This document shows positions 10,577 to 20,500 of a stretch of 64,000 bases of DNA, one piece after another (positions within the stretch are counted from its first letter, which is position 1; the number at the start of each line of letters is the position of its first letter). A model generated the notes under the pieces. It saw nothing but the letters and a program-made list of their open reading frames with translations, was not told the DNA's origin and did not search any database. A program made the translations under genes and the position numbers. The DNA comes from Marsupella aquatica (lineage: Eukaryota; Plantae; Marchantiophyta), in contig OZ316899.1 of the NCBI GenBank assembly GCA_973895155.1, positions 14,883,934 through 14,947,933 on the forward strand, given 5' to 3'.

Positions 10577-13051
10577 CTACTGGGCGTCATTTGTCAGTTT
10601 ACCCGCGAGCTGGTCCTGCTTCTCGGCCTCGGTTTGGAGCCGCGCCACCTCGGCCTGTAGCGTGGCTATCTCCGCCGTGTCCCGTTGGGCCCGTTCCTCG
10701 GCCTCCTCCAGGTCTTTCTGCCAGGTGACAGTTTGATTCTTCAAACTGTCAATCTGGTTCCAGAGTCGTGTAATCTCGGCCTCGTTCCCAGCTTTGGTCT
10801 GTTCGGCTAGGACGGTAAGAGCGTGCGCCTTTGCTAACAACTCATCGGCGGCTGCAACCTTGGGTCGTAGTTGTAGAAGCTCAGCCTCTTGAGCCGCAAC
10901 TTCGTTCTTTAGGTGCACGGACTCCACCCGGTACCGCTCTATCCTCTGAAGGGCCTCTGACTGGGCCCGACCTGCCTTTACTGCGGCAACCAACTCCTGA
11001 TTGAAGAAACAGGCTACCTTCCGGGCCATGAACTCCCCGGTATCCCGGGCAATTTGATGAGAGAAATCTCCCAGAAGCTCGTTCAGAAATGTACCCGGTA
11101 CGAAGAGTTCCGGGTGGTCCAGGTTGTGCCTGTCCGGAGTTGGGCACGGGCAGACATCAACACGCGCGGGGGCCGGGGCAATGACGTCCAGCCCTGGGGA
11201 CGTAACGTTGGAAGGGGCTAGAGTGTCCTCCTGCAGCAATGTCCGGTTCTCCGGAATAGCCACCGGTGGGTCTTTGGGAGACCCTGGCTCGGGTAAGACC
11301 TCCGTCGTACCGACTTCTGTACTTAGCCCGGCTTGTTGGGTCGCATCAACGGTTGCGACGACCGACCCATCCGGTACCTCTTCGGTTATGACTACAACTA
11401 CTTGTGGAGGTGGGGTGGGTGAAGCTGGCGTGTCCGCTGGACTTCGGGCCTCGGGCTGGGGCCGTCTCTCCAATGCCGGGAAAACCCACCTAGCTGGGAC
11501 CAGCTTTGTAACGTTGACACGGGGAAGGGTTTGTCGATCAAACCGGGCATACCACTCAAGAATGATCTCGATGTGGCTAGCAAAATACGCCTTCCCGCCA
11601 ATGTACAGCGTCTTCCTTCGCCGCTCCATCTCTTCATGGAATTTCTTAGCGAAGTACGACGCCCACCTCCTAGGTCGATAGTTCTCGACCTGGATAACCT
11701 GGGCGGCGGAGATCTCCCCCCGGGGTTCCATCATGTGGAGGGCGTACCTCTGGAACTCCAGTCGCTCAGCTATCTCGGGGATGAGGCAGGTCTTCATCAC
11801 GAACCCGTTGTCCACTGCTCCCTCTGAGGGAAAACTTGAAGATTGGTACTTGGCTCCCTTGCCCCCGGGAGCCCGTGATTCGACTCGATGGTCACCTTCG
11901 GGTAACCCGAAGATCATCCTGAGCCGTTCTTCCGTGAGGGGCATACTCCTTCCCCGCAGCCGAGTATGTTGACGCGCGTCATCATAATTCCTAACGAACT
12001 CCGTCATGTCCTCCCCGTAGTACCTGCAAGTGTTCCAGGGGAGGGAGGCAAGGTGCTCGAATCCCTGAGTCTTCAGGTACACCGCATGCTTGGGATGGAG
12101 GATGTTTTTGTGAACGTTTTCCCCCATGCGGTGCATCGTCACCTTGGCCACGGCTACCGTGGCCAACGGTAACCCGGATGTAGTGGCGGATTCCTTCCTC
12201 TTCTTCCCCCGTGACTGGCTCGGGGAAGGTGACACCTCCCCATCCTCCCGATCGGGCCTGGGTAGTGCCACTGCCGTTAGTAACGGGCCCGGGTCGGCCA
12301 CGGTCACCATGTTGTCTGCCGGGGCCGCTCCTGGGGTCAGAGCAGGGGGTGGGGACGATATAGTGTCGGCCCCCTGAGCGCTTGTTCCTCTGGGCCGCTT
12401 GGTCAAGGGTAGGGTAGCCTCGTCGTCATCGCTAAGATCCACAGCGTTGATGACGGAGCGTACTTGTGCTGGCCGGGCGATCGGTGGTGGGGTTTGGCTA
12501 GGCTGCGGCTGAGGCTGAAGCTGAAGCTGAGCCTGAGGTTGTATGGGTACGGGTACGGGTACGGGTACGACTGAGTTGGTCATGTTGGTTGCTGGCCGAG
12601 TTCCTATGAAGCTCTGTAGGTGCTGGTAGAAGTTCTCCAAAGCGAGTGCAGACGACCTTGTCGAACGGGTAGTGCTGGACTCGCTGTTGATGATAGCCCG
12701 AACCTGAGCAGGGATGTGGTCAAAGTGATGTTGTTGCAAGTCGATCGTACCCGGGATATTGAAGACCTCGTCCGGAAGCCGAAGCAATGCTTCCCAGAAC
12801 CCGATATATTTGTCTCCATTGAAGAAGTACTCGGATACCTCTGCTGGTCGATAAAGCTCGCTCTGAGACGGGTAGTCAAAGTTAAGGATGTAGTGGTGTC
12901 GTCCTGCTAGGCGGATGGCTCTCTCGTACTCGCGTTCGATTTCGTATCGACGCGGGTTGGCGTGTTTCAATGAGTCGGCCAAGTGCCTTCCGGTAGATAG
13001 GAACTGCGTCCAGAATTGAATGGCCAAGCTGGAGAGGATCGTGTGCGACAT
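10577..13051 (-). CDS. 824-aa LTR-encoded protein: N-terminal domain, Pro-rich linkers, conserved globular domain, C-terminal coiled coil (ancestral stop probably 10460-10462)
   Basis: Uninterrupted ORF with homologs in other units of the window. The frame continues 38 sense codons past TAG 10577, and the paralog near 49290 has CAG at this position. Confidence 0.8.
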   Translation of the reverse strand: MSHTILSSLAIQFWTQFLSTGRHLADSLKHANPRRYEIEREYERAIRLAGRHHYILNFDYPSQSELYRPAEVSEYFFNGDKYIGFWEALLRLPDEVFNIPGTIDLQQHHFDHIPAQVRAIINSESSTTRSTRSSALALENFYQHLQSFIGTRPATNMTNSVVPVPVPVPIQPQAQLQLQPQPQPSQTPPPIARPAQVRSVINAVDLSDDDEATLPLTKRPRGTSAQGADTISSPPPALTPGAAPADNMVTVADPGPLLTAVALPRPDREDGEVSPSPSQSRGKKRKESATTSGLPLATVAVAKVTMHRMGENVHKNILHPKHAVYLKTQGFEHLASLPWNTCRYYGEDMTEFVRNYDDARQHTRLRGRSMPLTEERLRMIFGLPEGDHRVESRAPGGKGAKYQSSSFPSEGAVDNGFVMKTCLIPEIAERLEFQRYALHMMEPRGEISAAQVIQVENYRPRRWASYFAKKFHEEMERRRKTLYIGGKAYFASHIEIILEWYARFDRQTLPRVNVTKLVPARWVFPALERRPQPEARSPADTPASPTPPPQVVVVITEEVPDGSVVATVDATQQAGLSTEVGTTEVLPEPGSPKDPPVAIPENRTLLQEDTLAPSNVTSPGLDVIAPAPARVDVCPCPTPDRHNLDHPELFVPGTFLNELLGDFSHQIARDTGEFMARKVACFFNQELVAAVKAGRAQSEALQRIERYRVESVHLKNEVAAQEAELLQLRPKVAAADELLAKAHALTVLAEQTKAGNEAEITRLWNQIDSLKNQTVTWQKDLEEAEERAQRDTAEIATLQAEVARLQTEAEKQDQLAGKLTNDAQ

Positions 13052-13152
13052 TCAGAGGAGATAGTAGTGGCGACTTAGAGCGAACGAGAGAGCTAGGGTC
13101 GAAGCTGGCGCGTGGACTGATGGACTGGTGCACTACAAAGGGTTGGCTCCCC

Positions 13153-13159
13153 TTTTATA
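13153..13159 (-). promoter_or_regulatory. Candidate TATA box of LTR/ORF
   Basis: TATAAAA ~100 bp upstream of the ORF ATG. Same motif at the same 359-bp offset from the 5' terminus in unit 48223-51927 (51562-51568). Confidence 0.6.
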
Positions 13160-13518
13160 CCTTGAGGGCTTGTTGATCCCCCGACGTCCCCTCGATGCCC
13201 ATAGGCTGAACCGCTCACGCTTGTGGTGTGCCGGCCACTCCGCCGGTCTGAGTCAGCGCGTGTCAGTGGCCGCTTCCTTAAGTTTGTTATACGGACCCGG
13301 GGGAGGGGCCCCTCCACGCTCGTAACCCGAGTGTGCAAATAGCGACCAGCCGCCAGTCCGAACCTGAATTCCCCCTTATTGCCTAATGATATCCTACCCA
13401 TAATGATTACCTAAATACTGTCGTTATGCTAATAATAGCGGCCTAAGACACTCCTAACGCGCGTGCCGAGCGCAGTTAGACCGAATCACTCATTAACCGC
13501 CGTACCGGTGGCATCACA

Positions 13519-13676
13519 CCCTGCTCAGGCCGGGACTCCCAGTGCCTTGCCTTTTCTTGCGCTAAGATAACTAAGCCTTCTCCCCCTCCCATAGCGGAAG
13601 GGGAAGCCTAAATACTACATTCCGGAAAGGAGCTGGAAGATACTACCTCCCAGGGTAATGCCTACTGACTAACTAC
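13519..13676 (-). repeat. Remnant of gypsy 5' LTR (part 2)
   Basis: Near-identical to 2232-2390. Confidence 0.85.
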
Positions 13677-13784
13677 TGTAAGTAGTGGGTAATTCCAAAA
13701 GTAGGAAGAAACTGAAAATTTTTGAATTTTCTATGGTGTTTAAACTATAATTATTGCTAACATAGTGGAGATAGCATTCTGTCT

Positions 13785-13950
13785 ACAAGTTACGGGTTCC
13801 CAAGTCTAAGTTACGAGTAAACTCCTGTTTACGAGTTTACAAGTTTACTAGTTACTAGTTAATAGTATCCCAGTTTACGAGTTTACAAGTTCACGACTGT
13901 TTACTAGTTACGAGTTTACTAGTTAGGGCTTTCCGAGTTTTGCCTTACGA
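13785..13950 (+). repeat. Array of GTTTACGAG/GTTTACTAG short repeats (second array ~16770-16850)
   Basis: Multiple tandem AGTTTAC(G/T)AG units visible. Confidence 0.7.
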
Positions 13951-14138
13951 GTTGGCGACCGGGGATCGCGATGTCTTACGGATACATTCAACGAGACTTA
14001 GAAATGGAATGGCGAGCATGCATTGAAGCAAAGGCAAGGTAGACCTCGGGCGCTCACTCCTGACTAAATCCCTGCCTCCTCCATTGATCCTTTTGGCCTC
14101 CCCATTTCTTTGCGCTACTACAAGAAACAATTTGAGCT

Positions 14139-16562
14139 ATGGATGGCCTGGCAGCTGATGAGCAGTACCAAGTTGACGCATTGGCAATTCCTAAGAGCGT
14201 AGTTGCTTGAATTCCACAAGCGCCCAATAGTTATGCAAATTTACAGACTTCATTACAACAGCTAGGTTTGGGGCATCTACTTGTCGTTCCTTGGGACGTA
14301 GAACTTGACGCATACTTGCAGGATTTTGTGAAGGGGTCGCTGCTTGCTCCTGAATTTTGATAGATCATTCGAGCTTGGCCAAGTCTGTGGACTGTGGAGC
14401 AAATTGCTCGTGCCTTCCGCTGCCCTTCAGAAGGAAAAGGATTGTATTCAAAGAAGAAAGATTTGTCTACTCCCTACTTCTCTGGGATTTGCAATCTCAC
14501 AAATGACTGGAATCTAACACAGTGTACTTATCCAGATTTGAGAGTGCTTCTGGAATTTCTAGTGCCAATTTTACACCCAAAAAAGCCAACCATTTGCCCA
14601 GTGGCTTTGGTGAACACAATTGTAGTTGCACACAGTGGAGCCATCGAAGTGAATTGGGCCTTGTTAATTTTCAATGTGATGAAGGATCAAGTGAGGAGCA
14701 TGAAGGCAGGTAGACCTACCTATCTGCAGGTATATCTGACTCAACTCTATTAGGCTTATGATTGTTTACATCCAGAGGAGAGAATAGAAAGAGGATTACT
14801 CCTGATCGAACTAGGCATTGAAGAAGAAATTGGTGTGGAAGAACCAGTGGATGCTATTCCCCTGGATTCTAATGATCAGAATGTGGTTGTTGATATGGAT
14901 TTGGAAGATGCCTCAGTGGGTGAACTTGAAGTTTCATCTGCTCACGATATGGAGTTGGTTCGACATCCTCTGGTTAACTTGGTGTATTCAAGAGAAGTCA
15001 ACGTGGAAAATCAACCTGGAGCTGGAAAAGCTGAGGACGTCCGAGCAACACGAAGCTGTTGCTGACCCGACCACTGCTGTCATCTTGAGGGTTGATCCGA
15101 CTACTTCTTCAAAGGCAGAGTTCAACCAGCAACTTATTGATAAGTTAATTGCTCTTTTCGGTTGTGATGATGTGGAACTCTATGATGTTGTCTATAATTT
15201 AAGATCAGAGGTAGTTAGCTTATCATCCCCATTTCCAGATCAATTAACTCCTGTCAGGACCACCTCTCCTATTGTGGGATCAGCCTTAGAAGAATTCGTT
15301 GCTCTCAGTCCTGTTGCACCACCAAACCTGCCTGTAGAGCCAAGTGAACCTGTTCCTGTGACAGAGGATGTAAATTATGCTGCCATTATAACCGACTTAT
15401 TGGACATGCTACAATGTGAGCCACAGGAGATAATGTCAATTGTTAGCAACTTAACTTAGAAATCCCCAGTTGCAGAAATTCCTCATAATCCAAATCCTTA
15501 CTCATACAGTCCTGATTCCAACTATGAACCCACTGATGGACCCATCTTCACTCGGGGTCGCTCTGAAGATCCTTATGTTAGACGGGATCTCTCTGATGAC
15601 TCTGACCCGCCTTTGGATAATGACACTTATAGATCTTATGACAATTCCCTTGAGTCATCACTAAGGCAAGGGTTTGAAGATGTTGATACAGCTTTGAGGT
15701 CAAACCCAAACCTAGTAGCAGTGGTTACGTCCTCTACTCAAACTCCCGGGAATGCTACTATTGAGAAGAAGTATCCCAGGCTTCCCAGGCTCAAGTACAG
15801 AAGTATGTAGACATCTGTAAGGTTATGCATGCCAACATGCCACCAGTTGGAGAATTCTGGAGATACTATTACTTAAGGAAAACTGAGGCGAGCTACATTT
15901 TTGACCTAAAGTATCATGGGATATCTTGATTGGAAATGGCCCAGTTTGATGAGCACTGGACTGACTCTGTCTACTTCCGACCTATTCTGGCACTGATGTT
16001 GCTGCAAGGTGATGTAGAAGTGGAGGATCCTGACCTACTCCTGGCCTACTTTGGGAATTTTGCAGCTTATGTTCTGGACTTTGTGCTTACTTTTCTCATG
16101 CAGAGTAAGAAATCAACTTCTTGGCAGAACAACTACATCCCTAAGGAACCTAAGGTTATGCTGGTTTCAACCAGCACATTGGCTGATAAGCAGAGAATTT
16201 GGGATAATGTCACCACTCACACTCTGGGCAAGTTCAACCGGTACTTTAAGGATGTTTGCTGGAGACTTCGACCTTTCTACTCAAAGATGATGAGAACTGA
16301 GGATTTCATGGCCTATTATCCCCAGGTTCATGCTGCTACCTGCAATCACTATGATGTGATTGGAATTTATAGGGAGGCACTCCGAATAGACTCTTGTTAT
16401 TTGATGAGGAGAATGCCTGTGATGTATCCAGATAGGCAACTGAGATGTTTGCCCTATTCTCGAGGTTCACCACGACAGACTGAGCTCATGGAGGTTGTCC
16501 AATCAGGCACTGTTGCTTTTGTGGAGCTTCTCGAAATCAAAGACAGTCGACACCGAGACTAA
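14139..16562 (+). pseudogene. Accessory ORF with the shared domain (LGLGHLLVVPW...LLEFLVPILHPKKP...VNWAL) and a different C-terminal domain
   Basis: Frame from ATG 14139 runs through ORF 14394-14753 with in-frame stops, then fragments to 16562. Confidence 0.65.
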
Positions 16563-17329
16563 GGCAGAAGTCCTAAGTGTTTTTAGTTAGTTTAGAGTAG
16601 TGCATCTTGTCCGATTTTTAGAAATGTGTTCTAGAGCCTTAAAAGATGTCATACTTCTTTAAAATGTAGTCTGTACTTAGGAAAGCCTTCTGGAAAAATT
16701 TAAGGCTTTTCTGAGCTACGAGTAGGAAGTTAAAAATAGTTGAATTTGCCAAGTTTTTACTTCTCTTGCAATTACGAGTTACGACTTGTTAGACTTTTAC
16801 GAGTTTAAGAGTTTACTAGTTCACAGCTTTTACTAGTTTACGAGTTTACACTTAGCCAGATTTCAGGCTTTTCACTTACTGAATCATCATTTTAACTTTT
16901 TTAGGAGTATGAAGAGGCATGTCTCTTCGACCCTATGACCTCTCACTCTATAGATTTTTACTATAAGACCCCTCTACCACTAGTGTAGTTGATGGTTAAG
17001 TTATGCATTTTTGCCTTTTCCTTGTGTTAAACTAGTTGATCATGAATCTATGAGTTCGAGATCAGGTTTAACATTTGGAAAGACTTACCTCCTTGTGTTT
17101 TTTACCCCTGATTTTAAACACAGGAAGTAAAATTCCTTTTGTGCAAATCTTTGGATGTTGTGATGATAGATTCATTTTTGGTGATTCATTGCAATCTCCT
17201 GAGTTCTTAGAGTTAACTCATTGAGTTTAAGCCTTATTGAAATCGATGGATTTTCTTTCATGTTGCTTAGTACCATCTAAATGTTGAAGTAGTCACTCGT
17301 TTAGATCTTGTCTAAGTACCACTTAGAAA

Positions 17330-20300
17330 TGTGGTGCGTCCCTTGCCTCCCCAAACCCAAGAAACCCCCTTGGGCAAGCCGATTCCCGCAGGTTTCGTCC
17401 TTGGCGAGGCCGTTTCCGCGGTTTAGCGGCATGGGACGCTGCTAATCTATTATTAATATTTTACACACATATAATGGACAGATCCTTCATCGGGTCATGA
17501 GATACTTAGCCGGCCTATTCTAGTCCCTCCCTTGTATTCCTCTCCTGGTCCTCCATTAGGTATGTTTGGATTCCGCTGCCGGAATGATCCCCAATTGGCT
17601 TGGTTAAGCCGCTAAGATCTCTCTCAGCTCGACACATCCAACTCTCACTCCCCTGCTTACTTCTATTCCTCTATTAGTTGATGTGGGCACTCTTCACACA
17701 AGTTAATGCGACACACAAATAGCAAAATGACTCCTTCTGACTGAGTTATACCATGCACTTGCCATACAAACAGTAATCTCATACATAAGCTCTGCGAACT
17801 AAGCCGTGAGGCCAACTCTATTCAGTTCTTAAGTATGAGGAAACATGAATATATACAAGGGTCACTGTATAACTAACCGAGAGCTTCTCTTACTACTTGA
17901 TCCCAGCCCTGTTGGTGCAACTAAAAACTTGCTAAAGAAGAGGCCCTGAACTCCCCGTAGCCCAGGTACTTATCCTGGTTGTGGATCCGCCCGATTCCTT
18001 GCAGCGTAAGCCTAAACTACCTATTGTAATCTACCTAACTGTAATCTACCTAAGTACAGTGAGGCAGGAGCACAAGTGTCGTCCACACCAGTGGATCCGA
18101 AATCCCACTAATCTAAGTGTCAGGGCCGTCTCCTGATCCTGATCCTAAGTCTAAACTTGGAGATCAGCGCCCGCCCTGCCCACTCACGCCTCCTACCTCC
18201 ACGTCCGCCCTCCCTAAAAGGGACGGCGCCCTTACACCGTCACGACACCGGTGGCTGGTCCTCAATGGACGCCCCCAACGCTTCCTCCGCAACCACTACC
18301 GTTGGTCCGTCCTCTGACAAATTACTTGCCCCTGACCGAGTCAACTCTTCATCGGCCTGACTGGGTCCACCCTCGGCTTCGGCCTCAGCATCGGTCACGG
18401 CCTCTGCTACGGCTACGGCCTCTACGGCATGTTCTAGTGGAGGACCTAGTACCTCGGCAGCATTACTGGTTCTCCCATCTTTGGCCTTGCCATCTTCACT
18501 TCCTAGGACTGGTGGATCCACTACCGTGCCGATGCCGGAGGATGGTGCCGGGTTTATCTTCTCGGTCACAATCGCTTGAGAAGCCGTATAACTCCCAGAC
18601 CTAGAAGGTTTTCGCTTCTTCTTCTTCCCTATTTCGACAGCCGGTTCCTTCCCCTTGCCACTTACCTCCAACACCGGGGTGAGTGTTACGGCTTGTCCTT
18701 TGGCCAATACTACCCCTGGTAACTGGGTTCCACCAATTGGAGTTGGACCTGATGAAGCCAAGCATTTAAATACTGCGGCTTGTGTCTTCAACCGCTCCGT
18801 TTGGTTGTCGGCCCGCCGCTGTAGGTTCTCCATCTTCCTCGTGATTTCCTCCAACTCCTCATGGGTCTCATCCAGGTCCTTGCGCGCCTCCTCCAGCTCC
18901 TTATTGGCTTCCTCCAATTCTCTTTTCAAGGTAGCCCTCTCCTCCTGGGTTGCTCTTAGCTCCCTGTCGAGCTCTACGACGACCACAGACTCCATCTTAT
19001 TCATCTTGGCATAAGTCTGGTCGAGCTGGTCGTCCTTTTCACGCAGGTCGGCCTTGAAGCTGGCCGTCAGGGACGCAAGCTCCTGCTGCAGCGCAATAAT
19101 CCCTTGATAGGATTTCCCTAACTCTGCTTCCTTCTGCTCAAGGGCTCCGTGGATATCTTCAAGCTCTCCTTTCAATGCCCTCTCCCTTCTCTGGTTCTCC
19201 GCCATGGCCCGATTGTTGGTTGCTAAGTGGGCTTCCTCTGCATCCCTTAGCTCCCGCTTCCATTTCTCTCTTTCTTTGACTGCGCCGGCCAACTCTCCTT
19301 GGGTCCGAGTCAGTTTATCTTTGATAATCTGATTATCAGATTGAGTGGTATCCAACTGCCCCTGCATGATGTTTAGCTCATGCCGCTTAATCCGCAATTC
19401 ATCTTGGGCTTTCTTGGCCGCCTGCAGGTCTTCCACCTTGGCTTCCTTCTCCCTAAGCCGCCGGATGACCTCGTCCTTCTTGCTTCTCTCCAAAGCCACC
19501 GCTTCTTCTAATTGGTGCTTTTCCAACATCTCCCTCTGGAAAAAGGGTCCCTGCTCCAACTCCTCCCCAAAGATGCTGAGCGCCAGGTCCCCACACATCT
19601 CCCCGTACTCCATGGCTCTATCCTTAGCATAGGTGGAGTAACTAGAAGTCATCGGCATCAACCACCGCGGCCTCTGCTCCCAAGCCGTCTTGCGGATTTC
19701 TTCTACGGTGGCAAGAGGGTTGCTTCTTTTCTTGGCAAGCCGCTTGATGTCCTCCGGCCAATCTCCTCCTGGTAAATCCTTCTCCCTAGCCAAGGCTGCT
19801 CTCTCTTCCTCCCTAAGTCGCTCCTGAAATTCTTGTGCCGTCTGCTTTATGCCGTCAAAGCTCGGGGGAGCAACCTCTGGTGGGGGAGACTCGGGGTTAC
19901 TCTGCTGGGTGGGGTCCCCTCGAACTACTCTTGGAAGTGTGGGGATGAATCGGCCACAGGTCCTTACTCCTGGAACATGATGATCCGACCCATAGCCGGA
20001 GTTATCATTGCTGTAGTCTTCCATTGCCTCCTCCACTACTTGGACTCCCGGCTTGTGTCCTCTGCCTCTGATTCGGGGCTTGAGGCTCCCACGTACATTC
20101 GCACTCCCGGCTTGTGTTCCGGCCTTAATCTCTCCTTGGTTCCGGTAAAGGGGTCTTCCCTTCTGAGTCGGCTTAGGTCGACTTCTGGGGCAGCGTCTTG
20201 TATCGGTGCCGTTGCCGTTGCCGTTGCCGGAACCGTTCTCTTTTCCTTCTCCAGTAATTTCAGCAGATTTTGCATGCCTGGTTGCTGCATCGGCAAGTCT

Positions 20301-20365
20301 TCTTTCCTTGGCCTAAACACCTGCTCGATCGTCGGACTGTCGGGCTCGTTGGGCTTCTCTGGTGC
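17330..20365 (-). mobile_element. Truncated copy of the ORF-bearing LTR family of 53659-58726
   Basis: Terminus TGTGGTGCGTCCC at 17330 is the reverse complement of the 58726 terminus; collinear homology with ~55230-58726. Confidence 0.85.
18240..20320 (-). pseudogene. C-terminal part of LTR-encoded coiled-coil protein (598-aa open segment 18240-20036)
   Basis: Long E/K/R/L-rich heptad region; homologous to 55271-57826 fragments. Confidence 0.8.
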
Positions 20366-20500
20366 CAGGGGTTGCTGGTGGTGCTAAGGACATCAGGTTG
20401 CTTGCTCAAGGCATTTTTCAAAGGCGTTCAAACACCAAGGGCACTTAGGCATGGGTGTTGGGATTGGTGAGGGCGCTGAGTAGCAAGGTCCACCACTTGC
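20366..20500 (+). repeat. Partial copy of dispersed repeat (also 35172-35860 and 59108-59797)
   Basis: CTTGCTCAAGG...GGCACTTAGGC.TGGGTG...GAGGGCGCT...CAAGGTCCAC shared. Confidence 0.65.

Larger units (their letters stand above)
9519..13518 (-). mobile_element. 4000-bp protein-coding solo LTR (gypsy-type)
   Basis: Termini TGTGATG...CGTGACA (element sense). TSD CCCTG at 9514-9518 and 13519-13523. Splits the host LTR exactly. No gag/pol. Confidence 0.88.
2000..13676 (-). mobile_element. Degenerate non-chromoviral Ty3/gypsy element (Athila/Phygy-like) with truncated LTRs; contains nested solo LTR 9519-13518
   Basis: PR-RT-RH-INT order, GPF motif, no chromodomain. Direct repeat 2110-2390 vs 9391-9518+13519-13676 flanks the internal region. 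Confidence 0.85.
13677..17329 (+). mobile_element. Probable retroelement-derived unit (starts TGTAAG), interrupted at 17330; carries degenerate accessory ORF
   Basis: Host LTR homology stops abruptly at 13676, followed by TG. ORF flanked by GTTTACGAG-type arrays. Right end not found. Confidence 0.5.

Noticed and set aside
10577-13051. Envelope (env-like) gene
   Set aside because: No evident signal peptide or hydrophobic transmembrane helix in the translation.
18240-20036. Host myosin/SMC/tropomyosin-like gene
   Set aside because: Intronless, inside a repeat whose second copy is TSD-bounded; no motor or ATPase motifs.
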